A stretch of DNA of 64,000 bases from Candidatus Bathyarchaeota archaeon (GTDB taxonomy: Archaea; Thermoproteota; Bathyarchaeia; Bathyarchaeales; Bathycorpusculaceae), in NCBI GenBank assembly GCA_963775685.1, contig CAVZJV010000014.1:672001-736000 (forward strand). Direction: 5' to 3'. Both the position numbers and the translations under genes were made by a program. The notes beneath the pieces are model-generated. The model worked only from the letters and a program-made list of their open reading frames with translations, was not told where the DNA came from and ran no database searches. Positions 1-8,912 of this stretch are shown here, in pieces (position 1 is the first letter of the stretch; each line of letters begins with the position of its first letter).

Positions 1-260
1 GATAATGAATGCCTTGAGTATCGTTTTATTTCTCCTTTAGTCCATACTTTGAACAATGGACTGTCTTTTGTGATAATCGCAGGTTCTACATTTCTTGAGT
101 CTCTTGACCCTTGTTTTTTGGCTTCTAAGTATTCTTTTAGTGCTTGTATGGATTCTTCGCCAATGAATTTTTTAGCTAAGAGATTTGTTTTCTCGGTGAT
201 TATGTTTAATTGGATTATTGTTTCTCCATTTTTCAGTTGTTTGGCTATATTCTGAAGTTC
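1..260 (-). pseudogene. Tyrosine recombinase/integrase, internal fragment lacking the N-terminus
   Basis: Manual translation: NIAKQLKNGETIIQLNIITEKTNLLAKKFIGEESIQALKEYLEAKKQGSRDSRNVEPAIITKDSPLFKVW. This resembles the archaeal integrase segment between catalytic boxes (K..FIG.E.I.AL..YL...DSPLF). In-frame stop at 276-278 and no start codon. Confidence 0.6.
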
Positions 261-1378
261 TCTAGCTCGTTTACATTATGTAATTCTACTGTCGGATCTT
301 TAATTTTCGAGGTAACGTTTTTGGTAGGCGTTACATTATTAAATTGGTTGTCGTAGTACGACCGGATTAGGACTTTGTAAAAACCCATTTTCCTGTTAAT
401 CGTTAAATCATGAATTAGAACGTGCGCCTTAATTGGTCCCCCTACCATAGGTTCACTATTAAGAATTTGGCTTACATCAGCACGGGAATTTTCCCATAAA
501 TTCATAAGTCCTTTTTCATCCTTTTCTGACAAGATTAGTCCGTTTAAACACATTAGGGGATTTTTATTTCCGATGAATTTCTCGACGGTTAGACCGCTTC
601 TGCATTTATTAGCATCACCAGAGTTTTGCGCGGAGAGAACATCCTGCAAGGAATTTCTATCGGACCAGCGGAAAACTTTTGTTCCCATCCTAAAGGGGCA
701 ATAATTGATGGACCTTCTTTTTCGCCTATTTCGTTCAATAAATTCTCAGACGGTATAGATTTTTCTTTAAAAAAGTCGCATATACGATAAGTTATCCCTT
801 CGGGGAATAAAACAAGCCTCTTCTGACCGGGCAATAATTTAACTGAACGTTCTAACCAGTCAATACAAGAATCAATGTCTTTTTGTTGACACGTTATTTG
901 AATTTTTTTATTGCATGTAATGTTAATAGAAGCTTTATCCGCTTTAGGAATACTCTTAATGTTTAAGCTAATTCGTTCAACTGACACGTTTCCAAAGGGC
1001 TTTAATTTAAGGTTTTTACAACAATTTTGAATAAACTCAATTGTTGACTCATAATCGATGTTTGAATAATAAAAAGCATCAACTAAAAAACTAAATCTCT
1101 CGGTTTGGTTCGGTGGTCGATCCCTTAACCAACGCCTATTTACGGAAGCTATGTTGTTGGCAGGCACTATTTTTAGATCGTGAATACCAAGAGAAAAAAC
1201 GTTTGACTTAAATGAGTCTTTATAGCAACTTCGATCAAAAACCAAAAACTTTCCTAAAGTATCATCACCAAAGAACCCTAAGAAAAGTCCTTCGCTTGCA
1301 CCAATCGCTGTACCATCCGGTTTTTTCCGACGTAAAGCATGCGTAGTCTCCCACTCTTAGCTCGTTAGTCTCTTCCAC
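245..1378 (-). pseudogene. Low-GC hypothetical protein (~375 aa reconstructed) split by two homopolymer frameshifts
   Basis: GTG at 1378 after a GGTGG SD reads MEETNELRVGDYACFTSEK. It joins the frame of ORF 589..1245 at the T6 run 1321-1326, and ORF 245..688 near 672-680. Confidence 0.45.
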
Positions 1379-1452
1379 TCTCAACCCACCGAAATACCCC
1401 ATGGTATACCGGCCACATATCTATTGTGTAAAGAATCAAGGGGCTAAACAGA

Positions 1453-1638
1453 TTGGAGACAATAATAACAACAGCTAAAGCATACTTGACCGAGAACTCA
1501 AAAATTATTGTAATTCCTAAAAAGATCAGGGAACAACTTGGTGAAAGAAATACTGACCTTTTCATCGTTAAACTAGACGAAAAACAACGTATTATCCTTG
1601 AACCGATAAAGAAGGTGACACCACTTGGCAACCAGTGA
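1453..1638 (+). CDS. AbrB/MazE/SpoVT-family DNA-binding protein
   Basis: NSKIIVIPKKIREQLG...FIVKLDEKQRIILEP swapped-hairpin signature. Confidence 0.8.
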   Translation: METIITTAKAYLTENSKIIVIPKKIREQLGERNTDLFIVKLDEKQRIILEPIKKVTPLGNQ

Positions 1639-2576
1639 ACATGAAATATTGGAGCATTGGGATGGGTTGGAGCATTGGCAGGGATTGCTGTCCCCGGTTG
1701 AGCTGAAAGCATTGAGGTGGATTATGCTTGATCCAACAAAGCCTTTTTGTTCAGGAGATTTAATGGAATCGGCTGGAATACGCACAGAGGGAACAGCTCG
1801 AAACATTAATTGGAGGTTCAAGAAACTCGGGATAATCGAATTGTATTGTAGATCTTTGTTTGCTTTCTACAAACTGAAATCAGTTGACATCTGAAAATCA
1901 AAAAACCGATGACATTATCGCGAATGGGGGGTAATGGGCTTAGGTGTGTTGGAAGATTGACCTTTTATCTTTGTTGGATTCAATAGCTGCTGAAGAGCTT
2001 TGCAGGGTTCACGATGTCCGCTTAACCTTTATCGCTGAACGGTTGTACAATCTTCTCGTTAGTAAAGGCAGCTACAAACCTGAGATAAACTCGAAAAATA
2101 TTTTCTTTGGTTGTTTTGAATGGTCTAAATACAGGTCAGTTAAAGTCTATGTCCATTGTAATGGCACTGTTTCATTCATGTTAAATTGTGGAAATTGCCC
2201 TATTGAGGCAAGCGCTAGCGGTTTTGTTAGTATGGCAGGTTTTCTCGGAGGCATCCGAAACCAACTCATTAACGAATGTAGGAGTCTGGATCCCCCAATT
2301 ACCGAGGCAAGCATTCCATCAATTGATCTCTGGAGGGTTGTTATGTGGCACTATGGAAAGGATTCTGCTCAGGGATTTAGCGGAGAAGCCTTCAATATTA
2401 CTTTCACAATGTGGTGTGGGCTGCTTGCAAGGATATATGTGCATGAGCAGGATGACTCCCGTAAAGTAAGGTTTGAAGTAGTCGAGACCCCCAAGAAATC
2501 ATTACAGGAAGTAATTGCTAAAAAATTACATCTATGTTGCGGTGCATGCTCGGGATGTTTAAAGCAATCGTCGTAA
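1625..2576 (+). pseudogene. wHTH plus putative replication initiator, interrupted by two frameshifts at ~1891 and ~1930-1944
   Basis: ORFs 1625..1894 and 1944..2576 are bridged by KIKKPMTLSRMGG in a third frame; motifs HDVRL, WRVVMWHYGKD, RIY, VRFEV. Confidence 0.55.
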
Positions 2577-2674
2577 CCCCTAACGAGAAAACGGTTGATT
2601 TTGGTTGTTTGTTGGCTATTGCTAGGGCTGAGGCTTGCCGGCGTGAGCAGACGAAGGTGAATCCGTACGGTTAG
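2546..2674 (+). CDS. Possible 42-aa small protein in the element operon
   Basis: Manual translation MLGMFKAIVVTPNEKTVDFGCLLAIARAEACRREQTKVNPYG; fills the gap between co-oriented genes. Confidence 0.25.
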   Translation: MLGMFKAIVVTPNEKTVDFGCLLAIARAEACRREQTKVNPYG

Positions 2675-2758
2675 GGCGTTGGTGTTTGTTGCAGAGTTGG
2701 GCGTGCATGTTGCGGTCTATGAAGCGGGGGAAGTGAAAAAAGATGGTGGAAGCCAAAA

Positions 2759-3220
2759 ATGACCACTAAGAATGTTGACTCGGATTCTAGCACTTTGGTA
2801 CACCAGCGTCTTCATGGTAGGCGGACGACTATGTCGCTTAGAATTTTTCCTGAGGTTAAGGAGGCTTTTACGCGGCGGACTAGGCAGTTGGGGCTTAGTA
2901 CGTGTCATGCTGCTGAGAGGTTGTTTACGGGTTGGTTGTATGGTGTTGAGGAGAAGGTTGAGTGGGTACACCAGATCCCAAAAATTGACCTTACGTTGGT
3001 GCGGGATGTTAAGCGTGTACGTCGGTACTACACAGAGGTTGTTGAAGAGAAAGTCGCTCAAGAATGTACTTTTAAGCGTGGCAAGCTGCCAGCTGTTGCA
3101 AAAGCCTTCTACAAGATTAAAAACCAAGAACATTTTGTCTGTTGCAAGCATCTTGAGTGTATTAAATCAAGGCCTGCATGGGTTTTGTTTAAAGCTAAAA
3201 ATGGGTTAGGGGTGGAATGA
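2759..3220 (+). CDS. RHH-like DNA-binding protein with a degenerate C-terminal Cys/His motif
   Basis: RTTMSLRIFPEVKEAFTRRTRQLGLSTCHAAERLF strand-helix-helix pattern; C-terminal ECTF...VCCKH. Confidence 0.55.
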   Translation: MTTKNVDSDSSTLVHQRLHGRRTTMSLRIFPEVKEAFTRRTRQLGLSTCHAAERLFTGWLYGVEEKVEWVHQIPKIDLTLVRDVKRVRRYYTEVVEEKVAQECTFKRGKLPAVAKAFYKIKNQEHFVCCKHLECIKSRPAWVLFKAKNGLGVE

Positions 3221-3604
3221 TTGGTTTCGGGTCAGCGTAGGGCAAACTCATTAAAGGGTAATAAAAAGTTGGAAATTGTGGTGAGGATGCAGAAAATGTT
3301 GGACCGATTAGGCATTCCTTTAATGATTTCTTGGAATCCGAATCCTAACATGGCGGTTCATGGAGAAATCAAGGGGTACAGCCTTTGTGTTTATAATAAG
3401 GAGCTGGATGAAGCGTGGGCAACTTTTATGCATGAAGTTGTAGAGTTCAAGCTTAAGCGAGTTACCAGAGTCTATCGAACTCTAATTAACAATCTAATTG
3501 ATGGCTACGAAAAGCTTGCTTACCAAGAAAAGGAAGAGTTTGTAGAGGGTATACCTAAATTAATAGAAGCCCAAAAGCCCAAGCTAGATGAAAGCTCTAG
3601 ATAG
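3221..3604 (+). CDS. Hypothetical zincin-like protein (HExxE)
   Basis: HGEI...TFMHEVVE; directly abuts the upstream ORF. Confidence 0.55.
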   Translation: MVSGQRRANSLKGNKKLEIVVRMQKMLDRLGIPLMISWNPNPNMAVHGEIKGYSLCVYNKELDEAWATFMHEVVEFKLKRVTRVYRTLINNLIDGYEKLAYQEKEEFVEGIPKLIEAQKPKLDESSR

Positions 3605-3659
3605 TCAAGAACGCGAGCTGTAATCAAATGCTCAAAAAAAGAAAGAGAGATCGATTTTT

Positions 3660-4016
3660 CTATAAGAATGGAAGCCCTAGACCAATTACAGCGATGCCTA
3701 TCAATGCTAATACAAAGATTATCACTACAAATACAATTACTGCCACTATAGCTATTGCAAACGCCATCAGCCAGCCACAGTCAAAGAAATGCTTAATCAA
3801 TGCAAGCCAGACAATGAACATTATTAAGGATGCGATTAAGCCGCCTATGAGGGCTCCAACGATTGCTCCAATGACGACTCCAAGAACCACGATCCAGATA
3901 GCGTCGGTAAACTTTGCTTTTTGTTTGCCTACGAGTGCTCGTCCAACAAGCCAAAGTATTGGTGCGACAAAAATTATGCTTACGACTATACTTATCAAAA
4001 GTCCAACAAAATCCAT
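3660..4016 (-). CDS. Small integral membrane protein (~4 TM)
   Basis: Hydrophobic ORF; ATG at 4016 downstream of GGTGG. Confidence 0.75.
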   Translation of the reverse strand: MDFVGLLISIVVSIIFVAPILWLVGRALVGKQKAKFTDAIWIVVLGVVIGAIVGALIGGLIASLIMFIVWLALIKHFFDCGWLMAFAIAIVAVIVFVVIIFVLALIGIAVIGLGLPFL

Positions 4017-4172
4017 AGAAATCATTCCACCACTATGTTTTATGGAAGCTTCACCTAATAAGACTTCGCAATAGACGGCAGACATTAATCACATTACAGA
4101 ATGCTTGTTTCTCCGATTATGCGATGACTAAACCGCCCAAAATGTTGTTTCTCAGACGTTAACATGCGAGAC

Positions 4173-4212
4173 GGAAGGGGGGGAGAGGGGGGAGGGGGGG
4201 GGGAGGGGGGGA
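4173..4212 (+). repeat. Polypurine G-tract (G7-AGA-G6-A-G10-A-G7), potential G-quadruplex
   Basis: Read directly from the sequence. Confidence 0.8.
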
Positions 4213-5606
4213 CCGTAGCGCAGATCAGGTACGCGATCTCCTGGGTCGAGTATGGATACGAAAACAAGATCGGACATGGCGCTCAAATCATCATTGTGGT
4301 TACCACTGTTAAGCTGTTATAGCCTTATGATTACAAACTCGTTTGAGGTGCCGCTGGCGAAGGATCGGTATCACCTTGAAATAGTTACCAGCTGCTGCAC
4401 TATCATGGATATGGGTAATGAAGCCTAGATAATCTTGTACATGTCATCGAAGGAAAAGTCCTAGCGGGTTCTGAACTCTGTGAAAACTCTGGTAAACAGA
4501 GCCTCTTGTCATCACTGCCAGTCAAGAGCTCTATATCATAGTCATGCAGCTAAGTACAGTCAGGTGCATAGCATGAGGAGCTTTGTTTCTTGTTCTTTAT
4601 AATCGCCGTACAGTGTGTGGCTACTTTTGTAAGTCGGGGTCGTGTCATATTCGGATTCAATGACTAAATTAGCTTGTCATCTGCTCCACCTCCCAAACAG
4701 CCAACGGAATGCCGCTCGTCGTATCCTAAATCGTCTATAACATCATCGCTTAGAAGCACTCATGAGTCCTCAAGATCATCGACTCCTTCTCGTATAAATA
4801 TGCTGCTGACAGTCCATGCACAACCTCGAATTGACTCGGTGTTAAATCAACAAACAAAACTGGTGCAAGTTAGAAATCTGTACTCTGACAGAGAATTCTC
4901 GGCGATTATTCTTGACCTTGGATTGAACAGATTTCTGAACGATATTAAGCAGTTCTTTGGGTTCTTCCAAGTCTCCAACTCAAATTCGATTGTCTATTAG
5001 CTCACCTTATGACAACAAATGGCAATGGGAATCTTAACGTTCTGTTCTCTCTCTAATCTCTCATACAATACGGGGTGCATTTCATATTCTCAAATAGTTT
5101 TTGTCCTGCTTAAGCAGGTCATCAAAATCAATTTTGCCTTTCATCGACTGCAACTGATAAATGATATTTTGCGGGGATCCAGTATTGCTAAATAAATTGA
5201 CTCTTGGAAAAGGACAATGGCTTTCGATATACCCAAGATCACGTCGTCGCTCTCCTTTGGAAACGAACGCCAGATACATGATACAACAAATGGAATCCAT
5301 CGTTTCTTAATAATTTTTGAATAGCTTCGTCAGTAATATCTTCTAGTTGTAGAGTGTAACTTCCTGGAATCATTGGACAAGCGGGTTTCCTTTCTCGGTT
5401 TATCAGCGCTTAAAAGCACGTGCCCGCGAACATCTGGAACGATACAGAAACCACTCTGCGCTGACTTCGCATCAACTGGGCTTCAAAGTCTGCTGTTATT
5501 CCCCATCTGGCGGTAGGATTCATAAGGGTGAATGCTTATTGTATTAATTATGAGCTCTGAAAAGCCTTTCTTCTGAATTTTCCTCACTCACTTTATCACC
5601 TCCTCC
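4213..5606 (-). pseudogene. Heavily decayed, unidentified coding DNA
   Basis: Strong SD GGAGGAGGTGA (5596-5606) before GTG 5591, followed by short protein-like fragments broken by many stops. Confidence 0.35.
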
Positions 5607-6172
5607 GTAATTTAATTTGGAACTTTGCTGGAAAGATCCACTGTTGTTATGACTGTGCTTGAGCATCAAAATAATGGAGGGTCCGATAGTAGAATCGTGA
5701 CACTTATTTTATAAGAAATCTTAGAAAAATAGGCGTTCTTGAAGACTCGAGTTTCTTGCTCTACTCTTGAAAATGGACCGGATCACGGAGAACTTCTGAC
5801 TTTCGAGTTAAGATTCATCGAAGGAAATGACAATGTTGCAGTCATAATCATTGTTCCTCCACAAAAGGCTCAAGATATTTTATTGCGTACAGCAATAAAA
5901 GAGTACTATATTGAATGCTATGCTAAATATTCATAATTGGGAGCCTCTAAAAGACTTTGCAGGTGCATCCCACTTTTTCTCGAAAATAAAATTGCAAGGC
6001 AGATTATTCTTTTTTTCTCCCTTTCGTATAGATCGCCGTCAGATGAGTTATCATTGATCACATCTAATTTTATTTAGAAATTGGTAACGCGTGATCTATA
6101 AGATGTTTAGGGTATAAGACTCAACTTTTGAGGCTATGAAAAGCAGTTGTTACAGTGTTGGAGCTGGTGAAT

Positions 6173-6236
6173 AAGGAGGAGAAGGAAGGAAGGAAAAAGG
6201 AAGTGGAGGAGAAGGGGAAAGGAAAAAAAGGGGAAA
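6173..6236 (+). repeat. 64-nt polypurine/polypyrimidine tract
   Basis: Only A/G except one T at 6204. Confidence 0.75.
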
Positions 6237-6592
6237 TCAGAGTTACTCAGACTGCATGGCCAACCTTAAACCTGTGCCAGCCCAATATATTTTCAATCGA
6301 GAGTAAGCAAAACTTCGAAAATATAGCATGGAAAGTTTACGCGGACCTATTAAAGTACCCTTCAGTCAAAAGGCCAGACCATAATTGCTGGAAACCGAAG
6401 AAGAGAATATAGACCACGTAATAACATTGACATAAAAACTATTGCATCGTTATTAATTAAAATAAACGGTAAAAAATCTGAAACTGCCCCTTTCGGAAAT
6501 GCAGATTGAAAAGTCAAATGTCCCAAAAGATCATAAATTAAAGTCTGGCGTGATGGGCGCAGCCACTTTTTGGTTTCTGCTTAGTTGCTTGT

Positions 6593-6610
6593 TGTAGTGG
6601 CGAGACTACA
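6593..6610. promoter_or_regulatory. Palindrome TGTAGT-N6-ACTACA upstream of padR (candidate operator)
   Basis: Perfect 6-bp inverted repeat just before TATA-like CTTATAT. Confidence 0.35.
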
Positions 6611-6676
6611 GCATGCCCTTATATCTTCAATATTCACTCTCAATATATAGTTAAACATTGTGTTTTTGATAAGTTT

Positions 6677-7027
6677 ATGGAGTTGAAAAAAATTTTTAAC
6701 AGAAAAATCTTCCATGGCGCCATTCTCGAAAGCACCCTTCTAAACCTTATAAACGAAAATAACGATCGCGGTCTACACGGTTATGCTATCTTGAAGGAGG
6801 TGGAAAAGAAGTTTGGCATATGGTTAGGTCCTTCTTCAATTTACCCTGAGCTTGGACGTTTAGAAAAACGGGGACTTATAGCATCAAGCTGGGAGTTCGC
6901 CTTGGGCAAAGCCCGCAAGCAATACCGAATTACACGAAAGGGGCAAGGTCTGCTAAAAGAATATTCTATTGATTTAAAAGCCATTATTCCAGTTTTAGTT
7001 ACCTGCAAAGCAAAAAATGATTTGTAA
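6677..7027 (+). CDS. PadR-family transcriptional regulator
   Basis: HGYAILKE...SIYPELGRLEKRGLI...RKQYRITRKG. Confidence 0.9.
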   Translation: MELKKIFNRKIFHGAILESTLLNLINENNDRGLHGYAILKEVEKKFGIWLGPSSIYPELGRLEKRGLIASSWEFALGKARKQYRITRKGQGLLKEYSIDLKAIIPVLVTCKAKNDL

Positions 7028-7211
7028 AATAGACAAATGATTTCTAAAGAAAAACGGACAGATGACAAGTGCAATCTTGTCCATTGGAGTCAATAGTAAT
7101 TCCATCGCCCTTAGTAGAGCAATTTGGATACAAAATCCTCAAAGTTTTTAAAATATTAACTAAACTTTAATAAAAAATGGTCTCATGATTTATTTAGCAA
7201 CTTATAATAAT

Positions 7212-7580
7212 TTATGCTCTCATCTTTTTAAGCATACACTGTAATATTTCTCCGCAAAACATGCATTCTTCAGGGAATTGTTCTCTCTTCTCTTTATCGC
7301 TTAAGTATCCAAGGTAATGCTTGGAAAAGATTGCTTTATCTTGGTTTTTCCCGGGTGCTTCCTGAGTGGGTACAACCTCGGCGGAAGTTGCTTCCGGCGG
7401 ACCTTCTTTTTTGTTTTCGTAAACAGTTATTTCTGTTAGACAATGTGGGCATGCATTATAGGTTTCTTTTGAACTTTGCTGAATATTTAGTGTAGATAGG
7501 GGCATAGCTAAAATTTTAGCGCATACCTTGTTGGGGCAGGTAATTTTTTTCTCTTCAATTTTTAGCAACCAATACATCAC
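7212..7580 (-). CDS. Zn-finger hypothetical protein
   Basis: CPNKVC, CPHC, HYLGYL, PEECMFC..ILQC. Confidence 0.7.
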   Translation of the reverse strand: MMYWLLKIEEKKITCPNKVCAKILAMPLSTLNIQQSSKETYNACPHCLTEITVYENKKEGPPEATSAEVVPTQEAPGKNQDKAIFSKHYLGYLSDKEKREQFPEECMFCGEILQCMLKKMRA

Positions 7581-7804
7581 CCTCTTTATTAGAGCTCAAG
7601 TATCTACTAGTCAATACATGTATCACGCATATTAATATTCACTATATTTTACCTCAGAAATCTAATCACCTCATTTGATTACCAGCCGTTGCCCCGAAAA
7701 AACGTGAACTAAAGACAACTGTAACCGTTCCAAGTATTGAATGCTGATCTTTGCAAATTTTTTTAAGTAACCTCATTTACAGATAATTGAGAAGGAGAAG
7801 GCAA

Positions 7805-7972
7805 ATGGAAGAGGACTTTCTGTATAGCGTACGTAAGCTTAATTGCTCTCATCAAGAAGAGTTGTATACTCAGAGGAACTTTGACATTTTAAATGGCTTA
7901 GAATTCAAGTTGAAACGTTGTCTAAGTTGCCACAAAATTGTGGAGTTAGAGGCAAAAAAACTCTCTGAGTAA
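7805..7972 (+). CDS. Small Zn-ribbon protein
   Basis: CSH...RCLSCHK; purine-rich SD before ATG 7805. Confidence 0.55.
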   Translation: MEEDFLYSVRKLNCSHQEELYTQRNFDILNGLEFKLKRCLSCHKIVELEAKKLSE

Positions 7973-7978
7973 AAGTTC

Positions 7979-8386
7979 CTATTTATCCTTTATGTATAAG
8001 TAGAGTTGTCCTTGTTTTAAGAGGTCTAACGTGTTCTGAGTTTCTATAGATGTCAATTTGCAAGTTTTGGGGTCTTTTAAGAATAGAAGTTTTTCAGGTG
8101 CATTTTGGATTATGTGCAGGTCTTCCCATGTTACCTTGAGATCCTCAGAAGGTATGTGGGTGTCCACATCCATTGCCCACGCTCCTGCGTCCAATTCGTC
8201 ACCTTCCCCCAAAGTTGTGAATGGACCAAGCAGACTTTTATCGTCTAAGTTATAGAGGAAAATTATGGAGCCCACTTTAATGTCTTCTGTAGGCTTTGTT
8301 TTTTCGTCCACGCAAGTGTAGCGTTTGTTGCTTAAACATTGTTGCTGGGACTGTTTTGTACAGAAAAATACGTATCCGTCGTACAT
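7979..8386 (-). CDS. DCD (development and cell death)/PUA-like domain protein
   Basis: GYVFFCT..SQQQCL...IKVGSIIFLYNLDDKSLLGPF matches the DCD pattern GxIFxC..T..EC...G..LFLYN.....LxGxF. Confidence 0.65.
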   Translation of the reverse strand: MYDGYVFFCTKQSQQQCLSNKRYTCVDEKTKPTEDIKVGSIIFLYNLDDKSLLGPFTTLGEGDELDAGAWAMDVDTHIPSEDLKVTWEDLHIIQNAPEKLLFLKDPKTCKLTSIETQNTLDLLKQGQLYLYIKDK

Positions 8387-8912
8387 AACCGATAAAACCT
8401 TCGTGTATAATTGGAAGCGTGTCGGCGTTTATTTCCTTTTCTTTTTTGTTTCCGCTATGAAAATGGATGTTGGTTCTACCATTACCATCGCTTGCTCCTA
8501 CACCTCTCTTTATCCCAACACCTATTCACCACACAAAAAAGAATGACAACACCAGAATCCCTAGCTTAACTTACCCAGGTATGCCAATAAACCGCCAATT
8601 CAATAACTCAACCAATAAAACGCACCAGCTCCTCAACTAACGTCAACTCTCACTTCAAATCTCATCCCAAAGCCCTCCTCGCCCTCACAAAAAAAATTTA
8701 GCTGACCCAAACACAATATCTATGAATCTTACACTTCAAAAGCACCAAAAGCCACAAACATAGACTCGTATTCGTTTCAAGACAACTATCATCAGAAGAG
8801 ACAAGGGTCAAACGACGCATTGTATTATTGTGACCTGCAAAGAGTCTAAAGAACTACGCAGGAAACTAGAAAATTTTATTAAACCTTACCTTACTGTTGC
8901 TAACTCTTATAG

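Larger units (their letters stand above)
1..3604. mobile_element. Right part of a decaying integrative element (cryptic plasmid/provirus-like); runs off the left edge of the window
   Basis: Integrase fragment, AbrB, wHTH/Rep-like, RHH and HExxE genes in a tightly packed cluster with several frameshifts; no att site found by eye. Confidence 0.65.

Noticed and set aside
780-830. LVLFPEG, resembling the nitrilase catalytic Glu motif
   Set aside because: No downstream Lys or Cys motifs of the nitrilase triad.
3628-4074. Plus-strand 148-aa ORF, and similar shadow ORFs such as 30122..30448, 37624..38112, 23859..24491 and 42285..42548
   Set aside because: Antisense shadows of better-supported genes; 42285..42548 overlaps rps30e.
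6155-6412. 85-aa K/E/G-rich ORF
   Set aside because: A by-product of the polypurine tract.
8590-8690. Minus-strand fragment RARRALG...LVEELVRF, reminiscent of an epimerase C-terminus
   Set aside because: Too short and stop-ridden to support a call.
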